Made by a program: the position numbers and the translations under genes. From a virus (taxonomy: Duplodnaviria; Caudoviricetes), in IMG/VR virus record IMGVR_UViG_3300021387_000106, positions 32,001 through 96,000 of that record: a DNA stretch of 64,000 nucleotides. One strand, written 5' to 3'. Under the pieces are notes generated by a model. That model saw only the letters and a program-made list of their open reading frames with translations, had not been told where the DNA came from and searched no databases. Shown here one piece after another: positions 40,001 to 49,218 of the stretch. Numbering within the stretch: the first letter of the stretch is position 1; each line of letters begins with the position of its first letter.

Positions 40001-43000
40001 ACGAGATTTAGCTTATCAATCCTATTACCAAGATTCTCAGCAGTACGCTGTGCAGCCTTCATTCTGCTTTCAGCATCCCTCAAATCCTGAGTAAACTGGC
40101 TCAGATTATTCTTATTGTAGAAAGAACTTGATTTGACGTTATTGTGTGCCAAAGCCTCAGAAGCCAACATTCCCTGACGGATTCCGAAATCCTGAACGGT
40201 GGCAGTATTGGAAGTACGACCATTATTGCTATAAATCTCCTTCATCAACTGGCGAACCTTTTCAAGATACTCGATGTATCTGTCAAGACCAGACACGTCA
40301 ACATTAGCCGTAATACCTCTTGCACGAAGGGCTTGCAACTCATTCAGCTTCGCACCAAGTTCATTATACTTAACGTAGGCATCATTTACGCTCTTGATTT
40401 CGTCTTTCAGACGTTTATCATCGGCTCTATCAGAACGTCTATTAGACTGTTGCTGTGCAGTAGTCAAACGTTCCTCAGACTTACGGAGTGCATCGGTATC
40501 ATCACGAAGTGTACGGATATTCTTAATACGCTTCTCAACAAGCACGTTGTTCTGCATATCGGCAGGAGTCATACCTTTCAGCAAGTTCAACTGACCCTGC
40601 AACTTGCTACGTGCATCAGTGAGAATAGTCATATCACGTCCTGGGGTGGCAGTACCGCGACTGATAGCGGAATCCAACTTACGCATTTGCGCCTCAGTAC
40701 GCTCTATTTCCTTCTGAATATCCTTTTGAGCCTGAATAGCCGCTTTAGCCTTTTCTTGCTCTGCCTTTGCGTAGGTTTTCATCTGAGACTCCTGCCAACG
40801 CTCAACATTCTTCTGGTATTCCTGTTCCTGCCTTGCAGCTTCTTTCTTCGACTGGTTGGTAAAACGCTCTACCTCTTTATTATATTCATTCTCTGCCTTG
40901 ATGCGCTCCCTTGTGAAAGCGTTCAAGTCAGTAACCATTTGCTTAGAGTCTTTAAGCGTATGGGTATTGTCGGGATTGATGACGGAAGCATAGCCGTGAC
41001 GAGTACCAAGCAATTGCTCATTCGTCATGGCAGTAAGAATCTCCTGCTTGATAGCGTTCAATCGGTTAATCTGCTGTGCAACGGCTTTCGTCATATCTTC
41101 ATCAGCATACTGCGAAGCGTTGCGCCATGCTCTCATAATACCTTGAATGGCATCCTGAACGTTATAAAGTCCAGTTTCAAGACGTGTGGTATTCCATTGC
41201 TTGATAGAGGCATTGGCATCAGTCAATGACATATCCTTTACCAATTGCCTTGCGGCGGCAGACGTATCGGTAATGCTATGTTTCAACTTGTCGTAATGAG
41301 CATTGAACATAGCAACATCATCGGCTCTACCAGGCAACGGCAACTTCAATGACTGAGGTGTATTCAGGAATCGGATAATATCGGGATTGTCACGATTCTG
41401 CAAGATAAGGCTTATCCATCTGTTGAGCGTTTGCAGATAGTTCATATTGGAATCTTGAACAGCTTGCAGCTTATCCATTCCTGCAACCTTATGACCTTCC
41501 ATATACTTAGAACTACCCTCTGCAAGTTTCATCATGCGCTCAATATGAGCTTGCTCCTTGATAAGTGTCTGAATGTTCAACTCACCAACACGATTGATGG
41601 TTTCCATAGCAGCACCTACACCGCCAAAGCCTTTCGAGCCAGTGGAATTGAACTCTTCAACACGCTCTTTGAGTTTCTGAATGGCAGTCTCAAAGGATTC
41701 GGCAGCACGACGACCAGAAAGAATTTCCTCAACTATCTTTTGGAAATCCTTAACGGCTTTGTCGCTCCACATTTCCTTAGTCTGCTTACCCATCAGCAAC
41801 TCACCATTGAACTTAGTGGCATCGGCTTTCAATGCACCAGGCTTAGAGAGCGTATCAGTCATAGTGGCTACCTTCTGCAACCACTCGTAATACTCTCTGA
41901 GCTTCAATAGTCTTTGCTCCAGTCCGTCATCACGAAGTTTCTGATTGCTCAGTTTCTCGTACTCAACGGCAATCTGAGTCAGAGCCTCATAGACATTCTT
42001 CGTATGGTTCTTTAATACGTCGAGGTTTGCATTAAGGGTGGTTTCGCTACCTTTCTTCTCTGATTGCATCTTCATACCCTCAACACTCTTCGAGAGTTCA
42101 TCAACCTTCTGCTTTGCACTGGCAGCATCACTTTCTACTTTCTTGAATGTCTCAGGTGTGACAATGGCTTTCAGAGACGATTCCATGCGATTTGTCGATT
42201 CCCACAACAAATCCATTGACTTTTTTAGTTGAGCAACTGCCTCATTGAGAGTCTTGATAGTAGGCTCAATAGATGACAAGTCAATGTTGAATGAAGGAAC
42301 TTGCACGTTCTGAACACCAGTTGCCTTCACCATTGCCAGTTTCTCCCATTGCTCTACGACCTGAGTAATCTTCTTACGCAGTTCCTCGAATTGGGCTACC
42401 ATCGTAGCAATAGTTCCTTTATCCTGACCCCATGAGCCGATAGCCATTTTGAGGTTATTGGTGGCAGTAGTCAGTTCTTGCGTAGCCGTAAGGAGTTTCT
42501 GAATAGCTTCTGCATTGGCTTTTGAGGCAGATGCAGCCTTATCTTCGGCAGAAGAAGTCTCATCAACTGCTGCTGCATTCTTTTTACGGGCCTGAGTTTC
42601 TTTCTGAATAGATTCGGTAGTCTGATTTTTCGCACGATTGGCACGTTCCTGACTCTCCGATATTTTTTCGAGATTCTTTGCACCTTCGCCAAGTGATTTC
42701 AAGTTCTTGGTACTCTCCTTAACGGAAGTGCCAGCAGCAGTAAGTACCTCAGAAAGATTCTTAAAGGCAGTGGCGAAGGAATCAATGATAGGACTGCCAG
42801 ACAACCCGGATTTCTTCAATTCATCCATCTGTGACTGAACAGCCTCCATTTCCTTTTTGACCTCAGTGAAAGCCCCCATCTTACCACCTGAGAACGATTC
42901 GCCTGAGCTCATGATGTATGCTGATTTCCTACTCAGCATATCCATTGTGTTAGCGAGTTCAAGGAACTTCGCAATATCCTCACGATTACCTCCCAATATG

Positions 43001-43908
43001 GTATAGAGATTCTTTGTAGCTAACGTGGCAACGGAAATCGAATCAGCGACACGAAGGATAGAAGCGGCAGTAGCTTGTGCCTGCGCTTCCTCGGCTTTCA
43101 AAGCGGCAGCAGCAGTATTCGTAGCAGTAGCCAAAGAATCCTCGCTGACCTTCACATCGGCTTTCTTCTCATTAAGATTGCCAAAGGCTTTAGCCAAAGC
43201 CTGCGCCATCTTGGAAGTTCCTTCATCTACCTTTGCGACATCAGTAGCCATATCCTTAACACCACTTCCAGTACCAAGGCTCTTCAACTGGCTAACCAAG
43301 GAACTGAAAGCATTGACAAGGGCATCTACCTTTGTAGTAAGACCGCCAACCTCACCAGAAAGCGACTCCATACCAGCCTTTGAACCACCGATACGAGCCA
43401 TATTCTCCTGAATGGTGTTACCCATATTCTTGAAGGTGTCCATTGTGGCACGGGCTACATTCTCGCTCAAACCAAATTCCTTCTCCAAGTTGGCTCTTGC
43501 GGTACGATACACCTGACCTAATGCCATAGTGGGACCAGTGACATCAGCCTGACCTTCTTTCAGTCCTGCTTTCTCCCTTGCTTTCTGATAGTTCTCATAG
43601 GCAACAGTCACTTTCTGCAACTGCTTTTCGAGATTGCTATAATCAATATCCTTTGGAATCATGCCAAGACGAACCATTGAGGCCTGCAAATTGTCAATCT
43701 TATGCAGCAACGGCTCTAACATCTTACCATCACCCAACTGCTTCAAAGCATCAAGGAACGTCTTTAAGTCGTTGGATTTCTCCAATTGCACCTTTAGACT
43801 GATAGAGTTGTCGGCCATCTTAGCAAGAGCCTTTACCTCTTCCAGTATCTTGTTGTATTCCTCGTTGGCACGTTTGATACCAACTTCAAACATGAGAGTG
43901 TTAGCCAT
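34048..43908 (-). CDS. Tape measure protein (3286 aa)
   Basis: Long helical protein with a TMP core (AVKSPFGVVELDKMSKQLTAYGF...LADISAATG); follows the chaperones. Confidence 0.92.
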   Translation of the reverse strand: MANTLMFEVGIKRANEEYNKILEEVKALAKMADNSISLKVQLEKSNDLKTFLDALKQLGDGKMLEPLLHKIDNLQASMVRLGMIPKDIDYSNLEKQLQKVTVAYENYQKAREKAGLKEGQADVTGPTMALGQVYRTARANLEKEFGLSENVARATMDTFKNMGNTIQENMARIGGSKAGMESLSGEVGGLTTKVDALVNAFSSLVSQLKSLGTGSGVKDMATDVAKVDEGTSKMAQALAKAFGNLNEKKADVKVSEDSLATATNTAAAALKAEEAQAQATAASILRVADSISVATLATKNLYTILGGNREDIAKFLELANTMDMLSRKSAYIMSSGESFSGGKMGAFTEVKKEMEAVQSQMDELKKSGLSGSPIIDSFATAFKNLSEVLTAAGTSVKESTKNLKSLGEGAKNLEKISESQERANRAKNQTTESIQKETQARKKNAAAVDETSSAEDKAASASKANAEAIQKLLTATQELTTATNNLKMAIGSWGQDKGTIATMVAQFEELRKKITQVVEQWEKLAMVKATGVQNVQVPSFNIDLSSIEPTIKTLNEAVAQLKKSMDLLWESTNRMESSLKAIVTPETFKKVESDAASAKQKVDELSKSVEGMKMQSEKKGSETTLNANLDVLKNHTKNVYEALTQIAVEYEKLSNQKLRDDGLEQRLLKLREYYEWLQKVATMTDTLSKPGALKADATKFNGELLMGKQTKEMWSDKAVKDFQKIVEEILSGRRAAESFETAIQKLKERVEEFNSTGSKGFGGVGAAMETINRVGELNIQTLIKEQAHIERMMKLAEGSSKYMEGHKVAGMDKLQAVQDSNMNYLQTLNRWISLILQNRDNPDIIRFLNTPQSLKLPLPGRADDVAMFNAHYDKLKHSITDTSAAARQLVKDMSLTDANASIKQWNTTRLETGLYNVQDAIQGIMRAWRNASQYADEDMTKAVAQQINRLNAIKQEILTAMTNEQLLGTRHGYASVINPDNTHTLKDSKQMVTDLNAFTRERIKAENEYNKEVERFTNQSKKEAARQEQEYQKNVERWQESQMKTYAKAEQEKAKAAIQAQKDIQKEIERTEAQMRKLDSAISRGTATPGRDMTILTDARSKLQGQLNLLKGMTPADMQNNVLVEKRIKNIRTLRDDTDALRKSEERLTTAQQQSNRRSDRADDKRLKDEIKSVNDAYVKYNELGAKLNELQALRARGITANVDVSGLDRYIEYLEKVRQLMKEIYSNNGRTSNTATVQDFGIRQGMLASEALAHNNVKSSSFYNKNNLSQFTQDLRDAESRMKAAQRTAENLGNRIDKLNLVKVDFAKAGIDTTPLQNAIDKIRAIQQELANFGRTGFSSYGTSGKEIASNMGLNAANKEANDAIHQLNINKRVAANVNNQLTESEQRLANSIRGATDSMKGQSQVLSDLKMLAMQYISVWGAQSFINSIIETGGLLEQQRLSIGAILQNAGQATELFGQIKALAVKSPFGVVELDKMSKQLTAYGFEYKELYDWTKRLADISAATGTSVDRLALALGHVRSEGALSGYTLRQFAMGNVPVLRMLSENLGISTKQVREKVRKKEISYEDVQEVLRQLTDEGGMFYEAQEVMSQALNAKFKNLRDAFDIMYGEIAESGVGTALKKIAETLTAGAKEWGRYGKDMLGVVGVLGVAKIATLAYNQAIGANTVSVLNQAAAHQKEEVNILRLAKEYRALTAEEWKLLATHSHWYATSGKLTASNLAVLLSTKKLSQEELFRAVALGKINKELALEAVLAMKAATAEERHAKAVMLWELRSVTSVSKMRVAWITLGNAIRKAGSAIWSFGKIALPMAALTVIMDMFARVSEMKSKAEEASHDLAEKATSDLKVLGDIFKELQDDNFIKSIDEASGKFVAGKRVVSNLVEFNDDALSKEDLTQRIEELKNKLADLSPMYEGDLVDIDKMNNQVEQFKLIVRKLESIRHANDVTEAMSNVITDADVDVAGSNWFTRLFGDSYTTDIKDYAERLNDAEKDISGINEEIIDRIDKQLGGKIAELQKKYSLGSKNDALSHLFADWAKNGVPNRDIYDTLAGKVFRNATQGGFGRTLRGQYQQLEADTKEMAEKMSSIIVNEFSNDPDGAIYAISTYMKKLLSMSGITDPRVMEDATRLMLEAMREYLPKNMQGSIIDEMQKRILMEQFMGLVGNTIKESTSPEEAEKALQKYSELTIKWGESMGYDMEKLGMNHAEAYRDGLDAKLNAVKLKTDWQKRASQVFVENIAIKTNFDKSLDEFAQAVQKDLKEKQAYLKRNQAHLKMTLNIDTDVLMNADKLRALMDKLAIEGQKKAMNGDWDGAQAIYSRIDKEIKPYYDALMAVQEDKSWLKKEGYPETDPTKGNKGKQEDKEAKRLREIAKLYKDAYDWYNKYEKQVGEAGALKKVQAQFQPLFDEFNKTWKTNLTLDSIPTYKKNLTELLNEAMKLYKTPKHKNSYMVEAIKQLRDAISNVDYEEANRKMDEFASKVKIQLDNLTRSWDLFNSVRESTGDVALANQLSGAKYKNGNTQNLADATRQKIEKDFEEAGGRYSLEFDINLSDDEIQKLFEDTERWGVLESSVKKYQEQIKGLVEEYQKWRDLQRDVYKNDVQIFAKVTGSVMTYEAQLRRINDEYEREVAAITRLRDQRKNGEKDANGNLLGITEEQYKAAMAKLDSDKEWKTFQMGAQYINFMNGAIGQTKKAIEDAAKAVENSLNKAVKKGTIDAKTYAEQMRKIRDVVDKFREDSFFGVQNTITAFMQGGLKGSNEFAKDRLQALETKEKNGGLTEDEEKEKKHLVDLQNKLSKVIGSLSSFATILQMATGVADGLVNATQSLANMFQALGNTGAANFWGDLSDGIKAGTSFLAPANNIVQNAMSGNIGGVVSSVISSPIDMIAAPITGFAKLHDKRRERRIQELKEEVSRIANNTELILKTRQRTLGYDSGNLRQLYSNQYYHQENVDFASKLTGLAGAIIKGSRYGRGFNSAAEEAMYNYYQQNGEGSGYKQQLANLRSEREKYMQMYNEEEDKKDSSGEAMEEYKKKIAELDDQIHYFALDLANELWSIDMKGWAQQLTDALATAFENGTNMAKAYKKAVEDILRSLAGKMMQLAIIEPIMQKLQNKLFGTQNADGTWSGGVFDIDNPEKSAKQVTNIIAKFFGKGGEGEAAIKAGEVFLAEFERGVNQAGLSIKNRDESSLSGSIKSITEETADIIASYVNAIRADVAMNRMFITMFIQEYWASYIEQITSVHTTLRNIDRNVAAMALTFSEAGKIYGMIENISNRLDKFANGVDKISVQ

Positions 43909-43986
43909 ATCTTCTATATTTTAATTATTGTCGCAAAATTTTCGTTCCAATCCACTTTCTACCAATAGCAAATGCAGAGCGTACTA

Positions 43987-44274
43987 TCACCCTGCATCCT
44001 TATCATTAGGAATCTTCTCTCCAGTAGCAAGGAAATGAGCCATATTGTACTTTCGCTTTGCCTTACGCTCTTTCCATTTCTCAACGGCTCTCTTCATCTT
44101 CACTTCATCGGGTCTGTAATTTGGATCGCCTGGTTTTGGTTTGTTGTTGTCATCATGTTTATACACCACAATAGGTTGGTCGATTGAACGCAACTCAATC
44201 TGCGCCGCAGTCCTGCCCCATAGCCATTCCCAATCATTAACCGAATACAAACCGAAGAAAAAATCCTTACGCAT
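43987..44274 (-). CDS. Tail assembly chaperone GT-like C-terminal part
   Basis: In the -1 frame of the upstream gene and open back to the A10 run. Confidence 0.7.
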   Translation of the reverse strand: MRKDFFFGLYSVNDWEWLWGRTAAQIELRSIDQPIVVYKHDDNNKPKPGDPNYRPDEVKMKRAVEKWKERKAKRKYNMAHFLATGEKIPNDKDAG

Positions 44275-44831
44275 TAGGAGGTACTGTCGGGCTTTTCCGT
44301 CGCCGCCTGCTGCTCCGTAGCGAGTCCTTGCAGGATAGCTTCTGCTTCCTCTGTCCTCATGTTCATCAGCGTAGCCCTCGCCCCTGTCAAGGACATGGTA
44401 GTCAACAAGAACGGAGTGAGCGGAATTTTTTTTTTGCCCTCTTCGATAAGTTCTTGCAGTTGGATATTATCGTACTGCCTGACATAATAGAACCAACGCC
44501 ACAAGTACCAGTAACGGAACTTTAATTTCCAGAAGCCATCAAGAACGATTATCGCAGCAGCCTTACAAGCCAACTTCGAGTCCTCTAAGATAGCATCCAA
44601 AGCGTTATCCTTTGCACCATCCTCATTGTCAGTATCGCCCTTGCGTATCAGCAAACGGCTCAACTTGTCTATCTGTCCGTTCTTCATCCAACGTACCTTG
44701 TACTTCTTCTTTGTACCAAGAATACCGACAATGGTAGCGTCGTTGTCACGGATGGAGGCGTATGTTCGCTGTGCCTCTACGGATGGTTGTTCCACCTTTG
44801 GTTCCTCAGTTTTCTTTCCCATAAAAGCCAA
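44274..44831 (-). CDS. Tail assembly chaperone (G-like)
   Basis: Between the tail tube and TMP genes; contains the slippery A10 run. Confidence 0.75.
   Translation of the reverse strand: MAFMGKKTEEPKVEQPSVEAQRTYASIRDNDATIVGILGTKKKYKVRWMKNGQIDKLSRLLIRKGDTDNEDGAKDNALDAILEDSKLACKAAAIIVLDGFWKLKFRYWYLWRWFYYVRQYDNIQLQELIEEGKKKIPLTPFLLTTMSLTGARATLMNMRTEEAEAILQGLATEQQAATEKPDSTS
44426..44435 (-). other. Putative programmed -1 frameshift site (GGC AAA AAA AAA ATT)
   Basis: The -1 frame is stop-free for about 50 codons and joins ORF 43987..44274. Confidence 0.7.
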
Positions 44832-44860
44832 GAATTAAATCAGTAATTTCTTAAAATTGA

Positions 44861-44897
44861 AAAAGGGCAGCGACGGCTCGAAGCAGTCACCGCCCCC
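44861..44897 (-). terminator. Terminator after the major tail gene
   Basis: GGGCGGTGAC.GC-TTCGA-GC.GTCGCTGCCC-TTTT. Confidence 0.65.
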
Positions 44898-44931
44898 TCA
44901 TGAAGTAGGTATTTTGTGGAAAAGAAATTCC

Positions 44932-45510
44932 TTATGCCTGGAGTGACAGAACACCCAGAGCGTCGGCGGCAGCACCTTCCTGAATAGAACCAGTCAGTGT
45001 TACGCACAGAGGCTTGTTGGAACCGTCGAATACCACAGCAGCCATCAGCTTTGCCTTCTTTACGAAGAAAGCGTTCTCCTCGGTGTCGTCGAGAGCGAAC
45101 AGACCAAGGATGACAGCCTTGCGGATGCCAGAGAATACCTTACCCTGATAGGTCTTACCCTTGAATACGTTTCCTTCGCCGGAAGCGCCGTTGATGGTGA
45201 GGTCAGCAGAAGTGAATCCGCAGAACGTCAGAATGTCGGTGTCATGGCAAGGAATCTCAATGGTGATCTCAGTGTCACCAGGAGTCATCTTGCTCGTCCA
45301 GTACACACCCAGACCATGAATCTTGAATCCATCAGTCGTAGGAGTACCCTCAGAGTAGTTGAAACCAGAGTCCTCAGAGCAAGGGAACTCACACATCTTA
45401 GTCTCGTCGAGAGTGATAACACCCTCAGTAGCGGTGAAGCCACCCTTCATTGCAAAGAGCGAACTAATACCAGTCAGGACGTTAGCCTGCATTTGAGCCT
45501 TTGTTTTCAT
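44932..45510 (-). CDS. Major tail (tube) protein
   Basis: 192 aa; position; followed by a terminator; codon use typical of highly expressed genes. Confidence 0.7.
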   Translation of the reverse strand: MKTKAQMQANVLTGISSLFAMKGGFTATEGVITLDETKMCEFPCSEDSGFNYSEGTPTTDGFKIHGLGVYWTSKMTPGDTEITIEIPCHDTDILTFCGFTSADLTINGASGEGNVFKGKTYQGKVFSGIRKAVILGLFALDDTEENAFFVKKAKLMAAVVFDGSNKPLCVTLTGSIQEGAAADALGVLSLQA

Positions 45511-45523
45511 AATCTAATCTTAT

Positions 45524-45952
45524 TTAATTGTTATTAAATGAATTAACCTTAGTCCTTAAATCGAAAGTAACCGTATAGACAAAGAAATTGTTTCCGTCAT
45601 AACCGCGAGAAAGCACAACTGGATTCGTAATCTTTATGTGCTGTGCGCTATATGGAAAATTGCTCTTTACGTCATGTACCAAATCGGAAATCGAATTTCC
45701 GTTCAAAGTAGAGTCAGTTTTAGCACGGGCGAAACAATAGAAAACACCAGTGGTTTTGAGCGAGAAATCGCTATTGCCAACAACAATGTCATCAATGTCA
45801 GTAGGCAGGTCGATAACAACAAACGTTTTCATCTTATCAGAGACAGCATCAGGACGTTTGCCCCAAAAGATATAGTCCTCTGACATGAACTGAGCGAGAT
45901 AGTCCGTCAGCTCATTGTAGATGATTGAGATTGGTGTTTTCGGTGCTGCCAT
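45524..45952 (-). CDS. Tail terminator-like protein
   Basis: Position, size and the KRPD..FVVIDLP pattern. Confidence 0.55.
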   Translation of the reverse strand: MAAPKTPISIIYNELTDYLAQFMSEDYIFWGKRPDAVSDKMKTFVVIDLPTDIDDIVVGNSDFSLKTTGVFYCFARAKTDSTLNGNSISDLVHDVKSNFPYSAQHIKITNPVVLSRGYDGNNFFVYTVTFDLRTKVNSFNNN

Positions 45953-45955
45953 AAC

Positions 45956-46534
45956 TTACGCTGCCTTTAAGCCTATAAACTGAACTGCTGCCTTTTCGGT
46001 AGCTTTCTTTATCTGCAAGTAACCCGCCGTATGCCTTTGTTGCTCGATGAACTCTGCATATTCCACCGTATAAGCTACCACGATAGTAAACGGAACGTCC
46101 ATTGTCGGTGAATAGCTGTTGGCGAACTTCGCTGCATCCTCATAACCCCAACGTCCGTTGACTGGAATAGTCGGGCGATACCTTGAATCGCGTTGGTCGT
46201 AGTCGGGATGGAAATGATACAGATTCTTTCTCGCTTTACCCCTCGTAGTCACAGATGACATCTTTGGCGCAATTGCAGGCTTTACCTCTTCTGCTGCAAA
46301 GAAGAAATCCACAGTCTTGGGAATCCTCTTAGTCCTCGTATAGAGAATGACAACAATAGAGTTTAGCAAGTTACCAGTGAAGTTGTGCGCATTTCTATCA
46401 CGCTCCCTGAACTCAATGGCAAGGTCGAGAGTCTGACCGCACCACTTGAAAAGAGTGTCGTAGATGGTTTGCTCCATCAAACGCTCAAAATCGCGTGCAG
46501 CCTTTTTGACTACCATTACATTAGTTCCTGCCAT
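45956..46534 (-). CDS. Tail completion protein (HK97 gp10-like)
   Basis: TGNLLNSI and VEYAEFIE motifs. Confidence 0.65.
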   Translation of the reverse strand: MAGTNVMVVKKAARDFERLMEQTIYDTLFKWCGQTLDLAIEFRERDRNAHNFTGNLLNSIVVILYTRTKRIPKTVDFFFAAEEVKPAIAPKMSSVTTRGKARKNLYHFHPDYDQRDSRYRPTIPVNGRWGYEDAAKFANSYSPTMDVPFTIVVAYTVEYAEFIEQQRHTAGYLQIKKATEKAAVQFIGLKAA

Positions 46535-46880
46535 AATTCCAAAGAATGTGAGTTCCTAAATTACTCGGCATAATGTCCTTCACAAGTCCGTATTCAGTAT
46601 ATCCGAATTTCTGAACCTCAACTATATCACCTTCTTGCGGTATTGTCTCTTCCGTCCATTCATCCTGTTTCTGAGGCAGTGACAGCTTTCTGTTAGAAGA
46701 AATAAGTTCTCCACTGCTTGATGTAGTATTGAAGTCGAAACTCCTGCAAACCCCCTCATAAATAACAACAGATTCCTGCTCATCGTCATCGTTGCGAGGG
46801 CTTTTACTCTGTGTGGCACTGCCTCTTACGACTCTGCTGATTTTGCAAGTATGCGGAAAACGAGGGTTATCTACTGGCAT
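46521..46880 (-). CDS. Head closure protein
   Basis: NPRFPHTCKI...IYEGVC; position. Confidence 0.55.
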   Translation of the reverse strand: MPVDNPRFPHTCKISRVVRGSATQSKSPRNDDDEQESVVIYEGVCRSFDFNTTSSSGELISSNRKLSLPQKQDEWTEETIPQEGDIVEVQKFGYTEYGLVKDIMPSNLGTHILWNYGRN

Positions 46881-46885
46881 AGTGA

Positions 46886-47308
46886 TTATCTTTTACGGGT
46901 TCCTCCGTAGTGACGGATATTGTGAAAGCCATGACCGACCATCCCCCAGGCATTGTTCCCGATTGTATCAAGATTATACTTGGCGAATATATCGTTAGCC
47001 ATGCGCAAAAAACGATTCAGAACGTTAGCCGACATCTGTTCACCACCTTCGGCATGAGACCAGTCACCATCCTTATCAGAACGTTTCTCGGACATAGTTG
47101 GAGAGCCTGCAATCCAAACATACAAGAACGCAGTAGATAAATCCAACTGCTTCTCAGAAAGGGTTGAAACCTCTGTACCTGCCTTAATAGTTCCTGCCTT
47201 TACGGATGCGTCGGCAAGAATGGTTTTCAAGGCATCGTCCGTAACGAGAATGTTACGGACTTTGCCTCTCAGGTATTGCTCTATCGTGAAAGAATTTTCA
47301 GTAGGCAT
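46886..47308 (-). CDS. Head-tail adaptor
   Basis: Directly after the capsid gene; S..DGDWS motif. Confidence 0.55.
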   Translation of the reverse strand: MPTENSFTIEQYLRGKVRNILVTDDALKTILADASVKAGTIKAGTEVSTLSEKQLDLSTAFLYVWIAGSPTMSEKRSDKDGDWSHAEGGEQMSANVLNRFLRMANDIFAKYNLDTIGNNAWGMVGHGFHNIRHYGGTRKR

Positions 47309-47343
47309 ATTCTTTGTCGCTTAATTACTTCCAATAACAGAGA

Positions 47344-48486
47344 TTACTCGTGATATACGGTTGCGATACCGTAGTCGTGAGTGTTGTTGAACACCGGGCC
47401 TGCGTAGAGTTCGCAATCCACGATATTCATCATAGGACGATCCTGCCAAACATTCTGAACGGCAATACGACCCTCTACGAAAGAGGTACGAACGCTGTCA
47501 TTGTGTGCGCCAGCCTCGGCACGGTCTTTCAGGATGGAGTTCATGCACTTCATCTCGAATGGACGATATGCGCGGCTTGCAGCAACCATGTTGTGAATGT
47601 CGAAAGCTGGTTCATCGTTCACGGGCTTTCCGTCCTCTTCGTGGCGAGACTTGAAGTCGATGACCTGGAAAGGCCAAATCTTCATGTCGTTGTGCAACCA
47701 CTGGAGAACGTCAGAGTCAACTACCTTAACCAGCGTTGGTGAGAAGTAGTTCTTAGAAGCAGTGTAAGCGTTGCGAACGCTTGGGTGCTTGATAATCAGG
47801 TCGAGCAGACTCTTAGACAGCTTCCAGTGATCCACACCAAGATTCAGGGTCTCAGTGTAATACTTTTGGAACGCCTTAACATCCTCGATGATGTCAGCAT
47901 CCTCGTTGGCAACGAGTTTACCACCCTCATACTTGAACCACTCCTTACCAGTGTCGGGAGAAACAAAGTTCTCGTCGGGAATCTGGAACTTGAAGTCGAA
48001 CTTGTAGCCATCAACGGCAACATCGTGAATCTCACCAGTTGACATTGCCTGCAACGTCATATAGGTAAGTTCGTTGTGTACGCCGCCAAGCATATTCTGT
48101 GAGTTGGTGATGAAGCAGTCAACCAACGACTCGCCAAACGTCATATCATTGAGCTTCGAGATACGACGAAGTTCAATCATGTCGTCCTGAGTGATGTTGA
48201 AGCCATGACCTACCTGGGGCAGAGTTCCACCGTAGATTTCCCAACCCATAGTGCTGCGCTGTGGCTTCTCAGAGTGAGTACCCAGAACAGATGCACGAAC
48301 GAGAATAGGAGTCTTCTTGATGCCCTGCTTCCACTCACGCTCATTGGTCGGTTTACCCCAAGACGCAAACTGACGCCAAAGTGCCTGATTGTACTTTGCG
48401 TTAGCGTTGTCGAGGATAAGACCAAAATTCTCAGCATCTACATACTGATGCAGACCGCTGATTCCGTAAAGTCTTGCGTCTCTCAT
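47344..48486 (-). CDS. Major capsid protein
   Basis: 380 aa; lambda-E-like LQAMSTGEI segment; strong codon bias; position. Confidence 0.8.
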   Translation of the reverse strand: MRDARLYGISGLHQYVDAENFGLILDNANAKYNQALWRQFASWGKPTNEREWKQGIKKTPILVRASVLGTHSEKPQRSTMGWEIYGGTLPQVGHGFNITQDDMIELRRISKLNDMTFGESLVDCFITNSQNMLGGVHNELTYMTLQAMSTGEIHDVAVDGYKFDFKFQIPDENFVSPDTGKEWFKYEGGKLVANEDADIIEDVKAFQKYYTETLNLGVDHWKLSKSLLDLIIKHPSVRNAYTASKNYFSPTLVKVVDSDVLQWLHNDMKIWPFQVIDFKSRHEEDGKPVNDEPAFDIHNMVAASRAYRPFEMKCMNSILKDRAEAGAHNDSVRTSFVEGRIAVQNVWQDRPMMNIVDCELYAGPVFNNTHDYGIATVYHE

Positions 48487-48507
48487 AATGCAAATCTCCT
48501 TTTAGTT

Positions 48508-49158
48508 TTACTTGCGGTTCGAGAATCGGAAGAAGCAGCCATTGTCTGCCAAAGCCTTTTTGAGGCTTGCTGTCAGAGGCGGCATACGACGCTCAAGAAC
48601 GGGTTTGTCGATACAGTTCCAAACCGCATCTACGTCAATGGCGTAGGCATCGGGGTCGAGAACATTGTCACAATAGGTCAAAGCGTTAGGAACAACCTTC
48701 ACCTTCTTGTCTGCACCAGCCTCGGCGAGAACATCACCAACTGAGATTCCTTCGACAGAATCAACAGTCAGAACGTCAACGTCAAGTGCGCTTGCGTCAA
48801 TGCTTGCAATGGTAGCAACCTTGGCGGCAGCAGTGGCGAGGTCAGAACCTACGACGATGAGTTTCATGCCAGACTTAGCAATACTGCCAGTCTCAAACTT
48901 CTCTACGGTGATAGTGTTGTTCTCAGAATCAACAGCAGTCACCTTGAACGTGAACAGAGGAACGATAGAACGTACTCCTGCGGTCTCGTCTGCGAACACC
49001 AACGTGCCTGCTGCCATCGCATTAGGATAGAGAGGCATATCGGCAATCTTGCAGTCAAAACCACCAACGAGCAAAGTAGGTTTAGCCTCGTAGCACTTAC
49101 GGACACCACCCCAATTCTTCGACCACTTCACGTAGTTGTTGATAGTTCCTTGTCTCAT
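48508..49158 (-). CDS. Head decoration protein
   Basis: Between scaffold and capsid genes; AAGTLV and RMPPL motifs. Confidence 0.6.
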   Translation of the reverse strand: MRQGTINNYVKWSKNWGGVRKCYEAKPTLLVGGFDCKIADMPLYPNAMAAGTLVFADETAGVRSIVPLFTFKVTAVDSENNTITVEKFETGSIAKSGMKLIVVGSDLATAAAKVATIASIDASALDVDVLTVDSVEGISVGDVLAEAGADKKVKVVPNALTYCDNVLDPDAYAIDVDAVWNCIDKPVLERRMPPLTASLKKALADNGCFFRFSNRK

Positions 49159-49218
49159 TTTTGAAAAATTTTTATATTACACAATAAATGGTTTTTGAAT
49201 CCACCTCAACTTAGAGTT

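Noticed and set aside
40144-41229. 361-aa plus-strand ORF
   Set aside because: Antisense shadow of the tape measure gene; such mirror frames are common in this window and it has no motifs
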